DNA of 64,000 nt. It comes from Bugula neritina. Taxonomy: Eukaryota > Animalia > Bryozoa. Under the pieces are notes generated by a model that was not told where the DNA came from, ran no database searches, and was given only the letters and a program-made list of their open reading frames with translations. How positions within the stretch are numbered: the stretch's first letter is position 1; each line of letters begins with the position of its first letter. The position numbers were made by a program, and so were the translations under genes. Below, one piece after another: positions 29,014 to 41,268 of this stretch. The DNA is taken from NCBI GenBank assembly GCA_964035545.1, contig OZ037768.1, positions 6,604,741 to 6,668,740 on the forward strand, in the 5' to 3' direction.

Positions 29014-32000
29014 ATGTGGAAAAAGAGTGTACCAGTTGCCTATATTCTTTGGTTTTTTCTTGGCATATTAGGGGTTCATCAGTTCTATCTTAGAAGAAGT
29101 CATCATGCGTTTTTCTTATGGGCTACACTGGGAGGGATTGCCGGCATAGGTTGGCTCCGAGACTTGTTTTACATTCCAACTTATGTAGCTGCTGCAAATG
29201 AGTCAGAAGAATATACGTCTGCGCTAAATGAGTTGAAGAGTAAGAAGAAGGTTCCGGATCAAGGAGTTTGCAGATGGGCTGCTTCTGTAGCACTTGGATA
29301 CATCTTCGCTATATTGATGTATGCTGTGTTGTGGTCAGATCATTTAAATGAAAGATACATAAACACTATCATTGTGTTGGCACACACATTTGGGGCTTTA
29401 GGTAAGTATATCATACTTCCAATTTCAGTGTGACTCCATGTTTTATAGTGCTGTCTCATTACAGTAAAGATAGATGCTAAAGTTGAAGAAAAACTTTGTA
29501 CTCATGAAAGACTTTACCTATAAGTAAAGTAAATCTTTTATTTTTAGTGTCAGTATTTTTGAACTTGAAGTTATATGCTAATCTTGCTCACCTCTTACTG
29601 ACTTTGTTGACATGATCAACCAGACTAATCTACTGGTCACGTATTTTGCATTTTAATTAATGTCTAAATCAAGTTATCTGCCGTCTGCATTGCATGTCAG
29701 TACCATAGCATCTCTTTTGAAGACAGTGTCTATGCTCGGTGCCTTCCACTTGCTGTCTTGGTCTTTCTCTGGCTGTTTGTTAGCAAACATGTCTATACTA
29801 ATTCAGTTTTTAACTTTCCATCTAATATTTTTTGGCATTGAATTTGCTGCATATCCTCATTTCTCTTATGTCTGTCAATGTTAAATCTTAAACAGTTTTT
29901 AATCACGCATATCTCACAAGAGTGTGTTTTATCTCATTTAAGTCTTCCATGTCTGGTTTTTGCCAACAGGGGATAATATTTGGACCTCTTTTATTTCTAC
30001 TCTCTAGTAAAGTTTCTCACACACACACTGCTCTCTTTCTAATGGCAACCTTTCTCTCCTATCTTTTTCAGTTCTTGCTTTTCCTCTCGACTTCCTTTTT
30101 TGTTTTCCATTTTCCTATGCATCTTTTTTCTTTCACTGCTATCTGTATTCATTTTTTACTATTTAGATTTCTTCAAGTATCTTTCAATTAGTGATTCTTT
30201 GAGTTCTGACTGCATTAGAACAAAGCTCTTGTCACTGCAGTTCTTTATCGTCTTGTCTAATCTCTCCAATAGTTTTTCTACCAACTCATTTACAGGCTTA
30301 GTACTGGATATTCCTATACGTGTTTCAGGTGTCTACATACCCAACAATGAAGGCCACAAAGCGGTTTCGTTAGGATGGTGCATTTTGGGAGCATACGCAA
30401 CTCTTCCTCTCACGATAATGTATGGCGAGGATTACTTATTTTACGGCCCATTAGTATCATCTTCAGTGGCAAGCTATAAGATGTATTGGAAAAGTGAACA
30501 GTCAACACAAGGATTCTGTATCCGTGCACTTTATGCGTTGGCCATTAGTATCATCTATCTAGGTTAGTGTTAAATCTCCAATTCCTATGGGTGGCCTGCT
30601 TTAACTAATAACGCATGCTATTTCAAAGAGAGAAACCTTTTTGACCCCTGCTGACCTTTTAAAAAATATGCATGTACTAAATTATTTAAAGTAACCAATA
30701 ATAATATTCAGCATATATATTCTCATTATGAGTACTATAACTATAACTGGTGAATAGTGAGTTTGTGTAATTGAATAACAACTGCGTAAATAGCTAGTTA
30801 GTTCGCTGTAACACAAATTCGAGCTTAACAAAGTAGTAACTATCATGTACCAGCATGTTACATTTCAATTACAAAATGCCAGTACCTACATTGGTCTAAT
30901 TTAGAATCTGCCAGTCTAATTTAAAATCTGTCAGTCTAATTTAAAATCTGTCAGCCTAATTTAGAAGCTCAAAACTTAGTTCTTTAAGCAAGTGCCAGTG
31001 TCTGGCTGTATTTATAATTCTATGACAATAAAGTACCATAGTTTGAAGCAGTATTACTGTTTAAATATTGAAAGTTTTGGAATTGAGTTTTCACGAAATC
31101 TATTTTTCATTGTAATCATAAGTATACTCTTGGTCAGCTTATTAGCCTAGGGCCACACGGTGCGTATTTTCGCATGCGAAAATTGAAACCACAAGTAGCA
31201 AAGGCGTCCACTGTAGCGTCAGTGATCCGTGATAAATAAAGCCTTCATTTTTAAATCGCACTCGCTTTCAAGAAAACGCAATTTACTGGAATGTAGCACT
31301 AAAATAAAGAAATTGGGCTCGCTGAATAACTACCAGCCAATTAGGTGACGACGACAGAGACGATTCGCACTTGCGTTGAAAATGCAGAGCGACAAGTGCG
31401 TATGTTTTCTCAACGCGCACAGTGGACACCTTTGCTACTTGTGATTTCAATTTTCGCATGCGAAAATACGCGCCGTGTGGCCCTAGGCTTACTGAATTGT
31501 AAGCATAGCAATGCTCAGTACATATGCTTCTATTACTTCTACCAATATTTTTTTTCTTTAGGTAAGAATAATTGAGTTTTGTCCATTCAAAGAAGTTACA
31601 TTCACTGAGCAATTAGCTTGGCTGTGTAATTGGTTTTGTAACTGAGTTAACATTATTGTGACTGGCAGACGGCAGTATGCTAAAATATCTAAAAGATACA
31701 GGAATATTATATACTGAAAATTAAAACTTTTTGATAAAATGAATAAAAAATGATAGCGATAAGGATAAAGTTAGAAATGGCTGCAGTAGGCATGGGAGCT
31801 TACTCCCAATTACACAGGGCATCCCTAAACCTATATAACCAAGAAGAAATATTTAGTATTTTTTTACAGTGCGTGTTCTGGCATATGCTTATTATTACAA
31901 TAACAATATGGTTTAAAATATAATATGTATTCGCCAAAAAGTTTATCCTTTCTTCTAATATGAATATTGAAAGTAGGAGTAAATATTTTGTACAGCAATA

Positions 32001-33256
32001 ATTCCGAAAATTTGGTCAAGAAGTGTTTTAAAAAATGTTGTTTTCAAAATATTGCACAATTTTTTTTCAAATTTTTATATCATACTGTATGCAATATAAT
32101 ATATTTCTTTTTTTTCAGGGTTACTTTCTACAGCCATCTATTACAATGCTACCATAACTACTAAGGGTGAAACTGTTCCGCTTAGAGAAGCCGTCCAAAA
32201 CTTTTTCAATTCAAAAGCATGGAAAGAGACAAAGGAGACTCTGTCTCAGCTATACAACTATTACACACATCATGGGTGGCGGGCATTATGGGAAGAATTT
32301 CTTACTGCATTTGATCCCCAGGGAGAAGCTCACGCATATGAGGTATTTCATTCATTTTATTGTCAAAGTTTTAATAATCTTAATAATTGTGTAGAAATAG
32401 CATGTGGGATATTAAATTGTACTCATTAAGATAGTATTATTGAATGCTACCATTTTTATCTTAGTAAGTTCTGTTTCCAGAGCTTTTACAGCAAAACAAG
32501 ATTGTAGGGCTTTGCAACACTGTCTTGTAGTTGGATATACTTTGCAGTCAAACATGCTGTGCAATAATTTAAGATAGAAACCGTTTTTGAGATTAATGTA
32601 ACAATAAATTCGTAACAGTTACTAATTTAAAAGTAAATTATTGTTTTGACATAGTTGTTAAGTTATGGTCTTTTTCTTATTGTAAAATTTAATATGTTCA
32701 ACTTATTACTACAATTGTTTGCAACAGAACATGTTGGTATTTCACTGATCATTTTGAAAGTATTCCAGGCCAGCAAGTCAAATTATAAAATATCTGACCC
32801 TCTTGTAACACTTTGTCCATTGCTCATTAAAAAAGCTCCAACATTGGACTTTGTACAAGTAATTAACCATATGTTCTAAAAGTGGATAGATTGGTTGCTA
32901 ATAGAAAGTGATAGTGGAAATTGAATGCCTTGCTGAAAGAGAGGGAGCAGAGAGTAGTTGAAAATGTGGTCCTCTTAAATTCTGTGCTCCCTTGATGCAA
33001 TTTAGAGTTAGCACATTTCAAGCTTTTAAATCTCACAATGGTTTATACAATCTTGCAGGTACTTGGACTAAATAAATCCGTGACGTTGAAGGAACTAAAA
33101 GCCACATATAAGAGTTTAGCACTCAAGTATCACCCTGATAAAGAAAAGCAAGAAGCTAAGAAAAAAGAAATGGCAGACAAGTTCATGGAAATTCAGAAAG
33201 CATACGACATATTATTAAAATTGAAAAAAGAAAGAACTCAGAAGCAAGAGTTATGA
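29014..33256 (+). CDS. DNAJC22: DnaJ subfamily C member 22 (Wurst-like; TM2 domain, membrane helices, C-terminal J domain), 347 aa, 4 exons
   Basis: Exons 29014-29401, 30329-30562, 32119-32342, 33059-33256 join in frame. TM2 motif AYILWFFLGILGVHQFYL, GIGWLRDL, J domain with LKYHPDK. Confidence 0.93.
30894..30966. repeat. 20-bp tandem repeat x3.6
   Basis: Consensus GTCTAATTTAAAATCTGTCA. Confidence 0.85.
31145..31488. mobile_element. PIF/Harbinger-type (Tourist-like) MITE, 344 bp
   Basis: 70-bp TIRs (31145-31214 and 31419-31488) with 3 mismatches, starting GCCTAGGGCCACACGG; TTA target duplication at 31142-31144 and 31489-31491. Confidence 0.9.
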
Positions 33257-33746
33257 GCTAAAAGCGATAGCAGTCCAATCTTGACTATGTAATTTAATAG
33301 CATAATGCTGTGTCAAATGAAACTAATTTACTGATTTATTCTTGATTTTTTGAAATTACAGATTTTTTACAAGATGGTCAAGTAGTTGTAGAAAATTTAC
33401 TCATCCAGACTCTATCGACAATCTGTTTTTGCAGGTTTAAAATTTACACATGAAGCTATTTCAAAGCGCAGAATATCTTGAGAGCATTTTGATAGATAAT
33501 CCTTATTATATTTGAAGTAATAAAAGATCTTCACTAATAAACAAAAGATTCATTAGTTGGCACACCTGAAAATCAAAATCAAGAGTTCTAACAATTTTTC
33601 TAGCGATAAATAAAGGTAAAAACAACAATTAAAATACATTAGGACTACACCAAATCAAAATGAAAAAAACTGGCACGATTTCGAGTATAATACATTTAAA
33701 GTACATATTATTCTAACATAATATATAATGAAAAAAAATTCCAGAA

Positions 33747-36700
33747 TCAATTCATGTCCTTTTTCCTCTCCATATAAAGCTTTACAGCTTTCCACAGAGC
33801 AGTAATATTACCAGCACCAAATCCTAGAGCGCCATGTCTTTGAAGAAATTCAAAGAAGAAGGTATTGTTACCAAATATTGGTTTGGTAAATATCTGCATT
33901 AAATACCTGAAAATTAACAGTAACACTGTTAGTAATATTGCTAGAAAGGCTAGCTTTACTCATGCGACTGTAAAAACTACTGCCCCATTGGGAATTGAAC
34001 CAGAGACCTTCAGTTTGGAAGCTAGAGTGCTGACCATTACACAATGGGGGCTACACCACAACGATATACACATTGAAGATGGCCACCACAAAACAACTAC
34101 CTGCTCATTGGTTCAGCATCACCAGATTCACCCTCTGCATCTGCTTCAGAGTCCAACAAGATTCCACATGCTTCTAACATCTCTACAGATTCACCACAAT
34201 CTGATATCTCTGTAAATTTGTTTATCTAAATAAAAATATAGGTGCCTTGATAGATTTCAAACACAAAAAGCAAATAGTTGAGCATTGCAACCATTGCGTT
34301 ACAACCATTCAGTATTGCAGGATCAGATAATCTTTAGTCCTTAGGCTAGTAAGGACAAGACAGAAATTCAAACTAAATAAAATGTTTATGTTTCACTAGA
34401 ATAATGATCACTGGTAAGTCTCATTATTAGGTCTTTTCATATTAGCAACACATTTGTTCAATGAAACATATTTGTGGTCATGTGCCTATAAAAACATAAT
34501 TTCATGATGGTGAGTGATGATCTACCTCTCTATAATATTCTGAAGGTGGCTGCAGAAAGGGTAATCCTGTTGTTTGAAGATAGCTAACAGCATCAGTTAG
34601 TTGATCTGTCAGAATCCCTATGTGCTGTACTCCAGCTCCACCATGCTGCTCAAGAAAGGTGGTCACCTGGTTTGGGCCTACAAATTCACCATAAAATACA
34701 CATCAAGAGCATAGATCATACTTAAATAACTTCGAACCTACAGTAGTTAGATTGTTGAAATTATATATAACAATAATCAATAGAAGAAAAACTTGTAATT
34801 TGTACACAAATCTTAAACTGACCCAAAAAATAATTATTTTTTAAATTTCATCAATGAATAAGAGAACCACAGCTATGACAAATTATAAGTTCACTACTAG
34901 AAACTATAATTTGTCAGCATAGAAATCAATAATTCACAAATGAATTCAAAATTGCTTCAGAATTATTTGTGGGTAAAAGATACAAGATTCATGCCATTTG
35001 CATTTTTTTCAAGCTTTTACCCCTATATAAATCCCCAACAGTTTTTCAAGTTGTCTACTGTTGCATGGGAGCAACTATGCTGAGATGCTGAAATCACCGA
35101 TGATTCAAGCACATGACCTAGCGTTTAGTATGCCAGCACTCTAACCACTAGACCACTGTGTGTCATAACACACAATATTTTTAAAACAATCTTACTGTTA
35201 AATGATGACTCAACAACCACAAATTTAGCTGATTTTTCACCAGATCCAATGGAAAGCCCAGTTTCTGCACATCTCCAATATTCCATGGCTGCAAGCCGCA
35301 TTCCAATCTCATTGAGTGAAAGTCCTTCAACTGGGTCTTCATCTCTATAAAGATCAACATATAATTTATTAAGACACTACAGCAGTTAGCCTACATATAC
35401 TAAAATCAGCTTGAGACTATTTACTTCAATGTTAATAACCATCATAAATGATAAAAAATTACCACTAGATAGAAATAAAACATGCAAGCTTAATAACAAA
35501 ACATTAGACATTTTATGTAATCATTACCAAATTGAAATCCAATTTTGTTCAAGAAAAAACGAATGGTGAATATTAAAACGGAGTTATTTGCCAAACTTAC
35601 TTGTTTACCAGCAGACGGTGCATACCAAAACAACGTTCATACCAGCTAATAGTTTTTGAAGTCTGTCCTGGATAAACGCAGAGAGCAATGTGGTCAATAT
35701 CATTGAGTTTTATTGGCGGAGAAGATGCAATTGCAGGTGCTTGGATCTCGAAACCAGGAAGGAATTTACCATGATATTCACTTGTATTTACAACAGTGTG
35801 CTGAACATTGCCTAAACAGGATTTTATTGTAGCATAAGTCACAACTCCATTGACATCCCTCACTGTTGTTAATGGCCGTAAAATCATGGCGCCACATTCT
35901 TGTGCCTTTTTCAAAGTTTTTGAAACGTCCTGAACTTCTAAACAAATTTCATAAACAGAGTTACAGACCTGATTCTCACCTAGCACCATTTTACAATTAT
36001 TTTTAGAGTGCTCAAAACCATGGGGCGAAGAAAATGTACCCATATTTTCAGTGAAGTGCCAAAAAGAGCTGAAATGTGGTAGGCCTAGGCTTTCATAAAT
36101 ATTATCAGAATAAGAAAGAGAATCAGTTTGGTATCTAGCTATAGGATTACGAGAGTCTGTTTTTCTATTTTGGCTGTTCAAATTTTTCATGTTTTCGATT
36201 GTTTCTACGTTGCGGGAGATTACTTTAAGCTTACTGTCACCATTAGCAGAGGTATCCCAGAGATATGGATCAGGGCTATTAAAATCTAAACATTCAGATA
36301 CACTTTTAGTTTGCTTTTCGGTTTGCATATCAGAACTAGAAGAGATTACCATACTGCTTTCATTCTCACTCACTGTCCTCTGTCCACGATTAAGTATGTG
36401 AGGCGCATAATGGTGATTTTTTACTTGAGACTGAAACTGATAATGGCTATGATCCCTTTGACCTCCATTCTGATTTTCAGCCTCATAGCAAGCGTCAATT
36501 TGAATTTGAGACTCGTCCTGTTCACCTTCACCTTCACCTTGGCCACCATAACCACTGTAGGATTTTTCCTTTACATTTCCACCACAAGATTGGTCGACAT
36601 CATTTAATGTTAAAGAAGGACTATCCGTATGTGTATGAATACAACTGTTACTTTTGTAGTCACATTGAATTTTGCCACTTTTTAGATCCCAGGTGGAGAT

Positions 36701-37279
36701 TCTGGTACCGCTATGACTATCTGTGGGTTCGAGATTCAGATTGCCGTTTGACTTTGAGACCCAGTTTGAGTTTCTGTTAGAGTTTGTATTACTATCACCA
36801 TGATTATGGTGGTCAATGTGAATTTCATTATGATCATGATCATCACCGTGTGAATCAGAATGGCTATTAGTATTAGTATAACTATAAGTAATAGCATTAC
36901 ATTTACTGGGACTATCGCCATCGGTGCTGCTGTCAATTTGAGTATGACCATCACTATTACTATGCAAATTACTGTTACTGCAAGTGTTAGAGCAAAACTT
37001 GGAGTCACTGTCAGACTTTGTGTTAGTGTAGGCACCCGCACTGAGCCTGGCATCCGCATAGCCATTGTCATTGTGGTTGCCAGATTCAGTGATGTTACTA
37101 ATTACCTTTGTTAAAACGAATATTACCGCACCATGTTGTAAAACCCATTTTTCGTCAAAATAAGAACGTCTTTGGCCAATCATTTGAAAACCTAGTTTGT
37201 CTTGAAACATAGACAACATTGTAGAAACAGTTTCACTGGTTACTCCGACTCCCACATGATGTATTACGGGGGCCGCCAT
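33747..37279 (-). CDS. HPDL: 4-hydroxyphenylpyruvate dioxygenase-like protein, 754 aa if exon 1 is unspliced, 5 exons
   Basis: Exons 35601-37279, 35196-35344, 34526-34677, 34101-34225, 33747-33906. Motifs FLPGF, IDHIAL, HGGAGVQHIG, GILLD, YLMQIFTKP, FFFEFLQR, GFGAGNITALW. His-His-Glu iron ligands intact; the ALW ending and N-terminus are HPDL-like rather than HPD-like. Confidence 0.9.
33981..34053 (-). mobile_element. tRNA-like relic (SINE head or tRNA pseudogene), family 2
   Basis: GCCCCCATTGTGTAATGGTCAGCACTCTAGCTTCCAAACTGAAGGTCTCTGGTTCAATTCCCAATGGGGCA; A/B-box-like motifs but broken stems; related copy at 56411-56484. Confidence 0.6.
35055..35160 (-). mobile_element. tRNA-derived SINE-like relic, family 1
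   Basis: TGGTCTAGTGGTTAGAGTGCTGGCATACTAAACGCTAGGTC...ATAGTTGCTCCCATGC aligns by eye with 12034-12155. Confidence 0.55.
36700..37105. repeat. 6-bp-periodic tract inside the HPDL exon 1 ORF
   Basis: Minus strand agt aac agt aat ... act tat agt tat act aat act aat ... gat cat gat cat aat ... aac tct aac aga aac tca aac; same texture as the first-intron tracts. Confidence 0.75.
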
Positions 37280-37471
37280 TTTATTTTAACCAAACATTCG
37301 CTGTAAAACGGAGCCGGCTATCATCGAGGGAGCAGTTACATAACTATATTTTTAAAAAATCTTGTAGGCAATCATTAATTTAATTACAACAATTTTTAAA
37401 TAAAGACGGCTTTATAATAGCTATAAAAATGTTGTCTAAATATTTCACTAGTATCATTCTACATCAAAATT

Positions 37472-37486
37472 GTAGCCTATGGCAAC
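37472..37486 (+). promoter_or_regulatory. RFX X-box in the 532-bp HPDL/AK2 bidirectional promoter
   Basis: GTAGCCTATGGCAAC fits GTNRCC-N(0-3)-RGYAAC. CCAAT on the minus strand near 37546; YY1-like AAAATGGCGGCC overlaps the HPDL start codon. Confidence 0.6.
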
Positions 37487-37811
37487 AAGGAAACGAGGTA
37501 ATTTGCAGACCACTAATCTGTAAAACATTTTCTGATTGCGACTACATTGGTCGAGGTTTCGGAGATTTTCTCTCCAGCTTTCTCCCCCGACTAGTGTGTT
37601 TTAGTTTATTAGCTTGCTAAATAATCGGTTATTTCAGAACTATTTACGATTTCTTTTAATAAACCGCAATCTTCGCAGACCCAAGCATTCATATTTATCC
37701 CATTTGAGAATTTTTTCACTTCCACTGAAGACGGTTTTTTGGAGGCTGTGGCTGTTGCTTTTGCTGCAAGGGCGTCACCTCAATTCTTCATTTCACACTT
37801 ATCACGCTAAT

Positions 37812-39435
37812 ATGGCCCCAACACAGGCACAAAACAAAAAAGATGATACAACTGGAATTAATGCCATCTTGTTAGGACCACCCGGAGCTGGAAAAGGCAC
37901 ACAGGTAACTTAAACTGTTAACCGGCTAAGAGTGAGACGGAGTCGAATGATAATCTCTTGCAGTTACTCTTAGTCTTAGTAAGAGTAACTGTAAGAGATT
38001 ATCATTCTAATTACTTAATAGTTATACAATTGTTGTTACATACTGGTATTTATCGTTATACTCATTGTAGTTACTGGTAGTGTTATAGTTGTATATAGAG
38101 TAAAATTATGACTAACTTGAACTTCCAGTCCAACAGTCACAGTGAGTCCGAGTGTGGGCTGTGACAGTCACTGGCTACCCAAGTGATCAGTGAATGTGAG
38201 TGATGCTGTAATACTACTGCTACTGCTACTACTACTACTGCTACTGCTACTACTACTACTACTATTAGTATTAGTAGTAGTACTACTACTTCTAGCACTA
38301 TAGCTAGATGACTTAATCATAATGGCTGTAAAGTGTACGTTCTTATCTATGCTCGAAACAAAGTCTATTTAAATTTAAAATAAAATATAGGAGATTCAAA
38401 ATGTACCAAAAAGTTGGTACAGACTAAGAGTAGTTGTGCGGTAGAAGTGAAAAAAATATTAAAGTGTTACTAATAGTAATATAATCATTTCGGATGGTTC
38501 TATTATCTGCCATATCTACTTTTTGTTTCCTATAAGTTTTGTGTGCTACTTTTCCAGGCTCCACTTCTGCAAAAGAAATATTGTGTTTGCCATTTAAGTA
38601 CTGGGGACATGTTGAGAGCTGCAGTCAAATCTGGCTCTGAGGTCGGTAAAAAGGTGAAGTCTGTTTTGGAAACAGGAGGTCTAGTCACTGACTCATTGGT
38701 TGTTGAAATGATTGACCAAAACCTTGATAAGCCTGAATGCAAAAATGGGTTTTTGTTAGATGGATTTCCACGTACCCAAGTTCAAGCTGAAAAGGTAAAA
38801 TTACGATTTATTTGATTTGAATTTTATTCACTGTTTTTTAATTTACTGATGTAAGTTATAATGATTACAAAATTCAGTATTGAGTTGGTTATATTACACC
38901 ATTAGATATCATTCAATTTTATTTTGGTTCTTTCAATTTGTTGTACTAATTATATAATTTAAAACAGCTAGTGATTTCAACCAAAAATGTATTTTGGAAT
39001 ATAATTGGCTGTTATTTTTTATATAATTATAAATTGAGTTTTCAATTTAATGCATTTCTTTAAATGATGTTTCAGATTTGAAATTATTTGTAAAAGCTTT
39101 TTTAGATAAACATTGGGTCATAAGAAATTTAGACTTATAGTGCAAACATAAATTCTATTTTTCCAAAGGTCTGCAATGAATAGCAGCTTACATTAGCTTT
39201 GAGTTATCACAACATGTTCACTGATTTAGCTTGATGAGCTTCTTGAAAAGAGGAAAACCAGTCTTGACTCTGTAATTGAGTTCAAGATAGATGATTCATT
39301 GTTGGTTAAAAGAATCACTGGAAGACTTCTTCATCAATCTAGTGGAAGGACCTATCATGAAGAGTTTAATCCACCCAAAATACCCATGACCGATGACGTA
39401 AGTTAATTCTTGCTTTGGTATGTCCGTATGATCTA

Positions 39436-39471
<36 letters not shown>

Positions 39472-40589
39472 TATTACATATCACAAACATGACAACACGT
39501 TGCAAAATTCAGTGTAAATACTGGCTATAATAAGTAGGAATGAACAAAAATAAGAGAAAAAATCAAAACTCTGTTGGATTATCTCTAATGTTTTTTTCAA
39601 AAAGGTAAAAGTTTGTTAATTAAGCCTCAGTACAAATCATCAACTCATTTTCTCTGAAAATTGCAATTGTTTGTTAAAAAGTGTTCTAATTTCTATAATA
39701 ATTTTGCATGCTTATAGGAAAATTTTAAGTTAGCAATACTCTACAATGGCATGGGCCAATTTTATTGTCTCTTTTTTTCTTAGCACTTATTATGTTGCTA
39801 GAAAGCTGAAGTTTTATTAGCTAAACCTATGGTAAAGATATATTGCGTGCATCTGTTAACAAATTTCACAATACATGCAGACTAAAGTGTCCTGTTAATG
39901 TATTTAATAAAATTCAACAACAGCACTAAAAAAAAATAAATTTCAACATTATTTTTGTTATCCTACACTATGGATTACTTTCTTTAAGTATATAAAAACA
40001 CTGTATTGATAAGAATCTATTTATCTCAAGCTTTCTAATAAAGCAAACAAATGCTATACTTGTAGCCAGTAACCTTTAAATTGTTGTCCCTCTTTTAGCG
40101 ATTCAGGCATTCTGCTTGGTTTAGCAACAAGCATTGAGGTTTTATCAAATAAATAATCTGACAGCAATAACATTTCCCACCTTATTTTATTAAAGTCTCA
40201 ATTTTCAATTTCAGTTTTGTTGTTTCCTGTTTGTGCATTTATATTATATACAATATTTCGAAAAAAATACTTTCAAAAGTTTTGCCATTTTGGTTCAGCA
40301 ATATGCAACGATAAAGCAAAGTATATATTATATCTTTCAAAGGTTTCATGGAGTATATGTATTGCAGGTTACAGGTGAGCCTCTCATGAGACGTTCAGAT
40401 GATAATGCAGAGGCTTTGAAAACTAGACTTGCAGCTTATCACAAGTCTACTAACCCTCTGGTTGATTACTACAGCAGGCGCAAAATCCTCACCTCAGTCG
40501 ATGCTTCTCAAGCACCTTCCACAGTCTATAGCAAAATTACAGAAGCTTTTGCTAAAGCTAAATCAAAAGACCAAGTTCTGTTTATTTAA
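37812..40589 (+). CDS. AK2: Adenylate kinase 2, mitochondrial, 239 aa, 4 exons
   Basis: Exons 37812-37904, 38558-38794, 39230-39397, 40368-40589. P-loop [28 protein letters not shown], long [18 protein letters not shown]2-type C-terminus SKDQVLFI. Confidence 0.96.
37925..38320. repeat. Periodic tract plus (TAC/TGC)n microsatellite in AK2 intron 1
   Basis: cagttactcttagtcttagtaagagtaactg (hairpin-forming), cagtcacagtgagtccgagtgtg, trinucleotide array at about 38211-38290. Confidence 0.8.
39437..39471. repeat. (ATTG)8 microsatellite in AK2 intron 3
   Basis: Eight perfect ATTG units. Confidence 0.95.
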
Positions 40590-41268
40590 TAACTATTTTT
40601 GATTAGTAAATTGTCATCTGTTATGCTTGTGGACTCTTTTTTCTAGAGCATTAATACAGAAATTCCAATGTAAACAAATTTATTTCTTATCTGTAGCTTC
40701 CTGTAATGCACAATTTCACCAATATTAATTACTGCAATGCCATTGCATATTTTTATTCTTGACTGTCAGTAGTTAGTATAAAAAAGAGAGAAGGGGCGTA
40801 AAATTGTAGACCTCGTTTCTACAGGTTGACATTTCTGCAGGTTGATGGTGTTATCTCATAGTCATCTGAATGACAAATGGTCATGGCATGTAGTGCCTAA
40901 AAGTAGCAATGAGAGCTGAATATTTCAAACAAATAAAAGCAGATAATCAATGTATAATTGCTTTTAAATTTAGCAATTAAATAAAAGTAATTGTGTTATT
41001 TGTCATGAAAATGACGTATACCACAACTATCTTTTTAATAAAGGAAAATATTTATAGCAATAACCTCCATAACCTAATTTTATCATGCGTGTTTAAACAT
41101 AATTAGGATTCGTCTTCTTTGTAGAGCTGTCTTGATAAACTCGCTCTATTAAACCATGTCAGAATTGTAACTATGTCAAGGTTTACCAGGCAATATCTCA
41201 ATTCATTCTATATAGTATATAAAATTTAATAAATTATTCAATAATTTATTGCATAGATTTGCGTAGTT

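Noticed and set aside
33981-34053. Functional tRNA gene (also 56411-56484)
   Set aside because: Acceptor and T stems are mispaired and the two copies disagree in the anticodon loop, so they are treated as relics.
40590-41268. AK2-CYB5D2 operon or trans-splicing, given the 680-bp spacing and AG just before the ATG
   Set aside because: AK2 has its own AATAAA signals near 40932 and 40980 and nothing in the sequence alone demonstrates trans-splicing.
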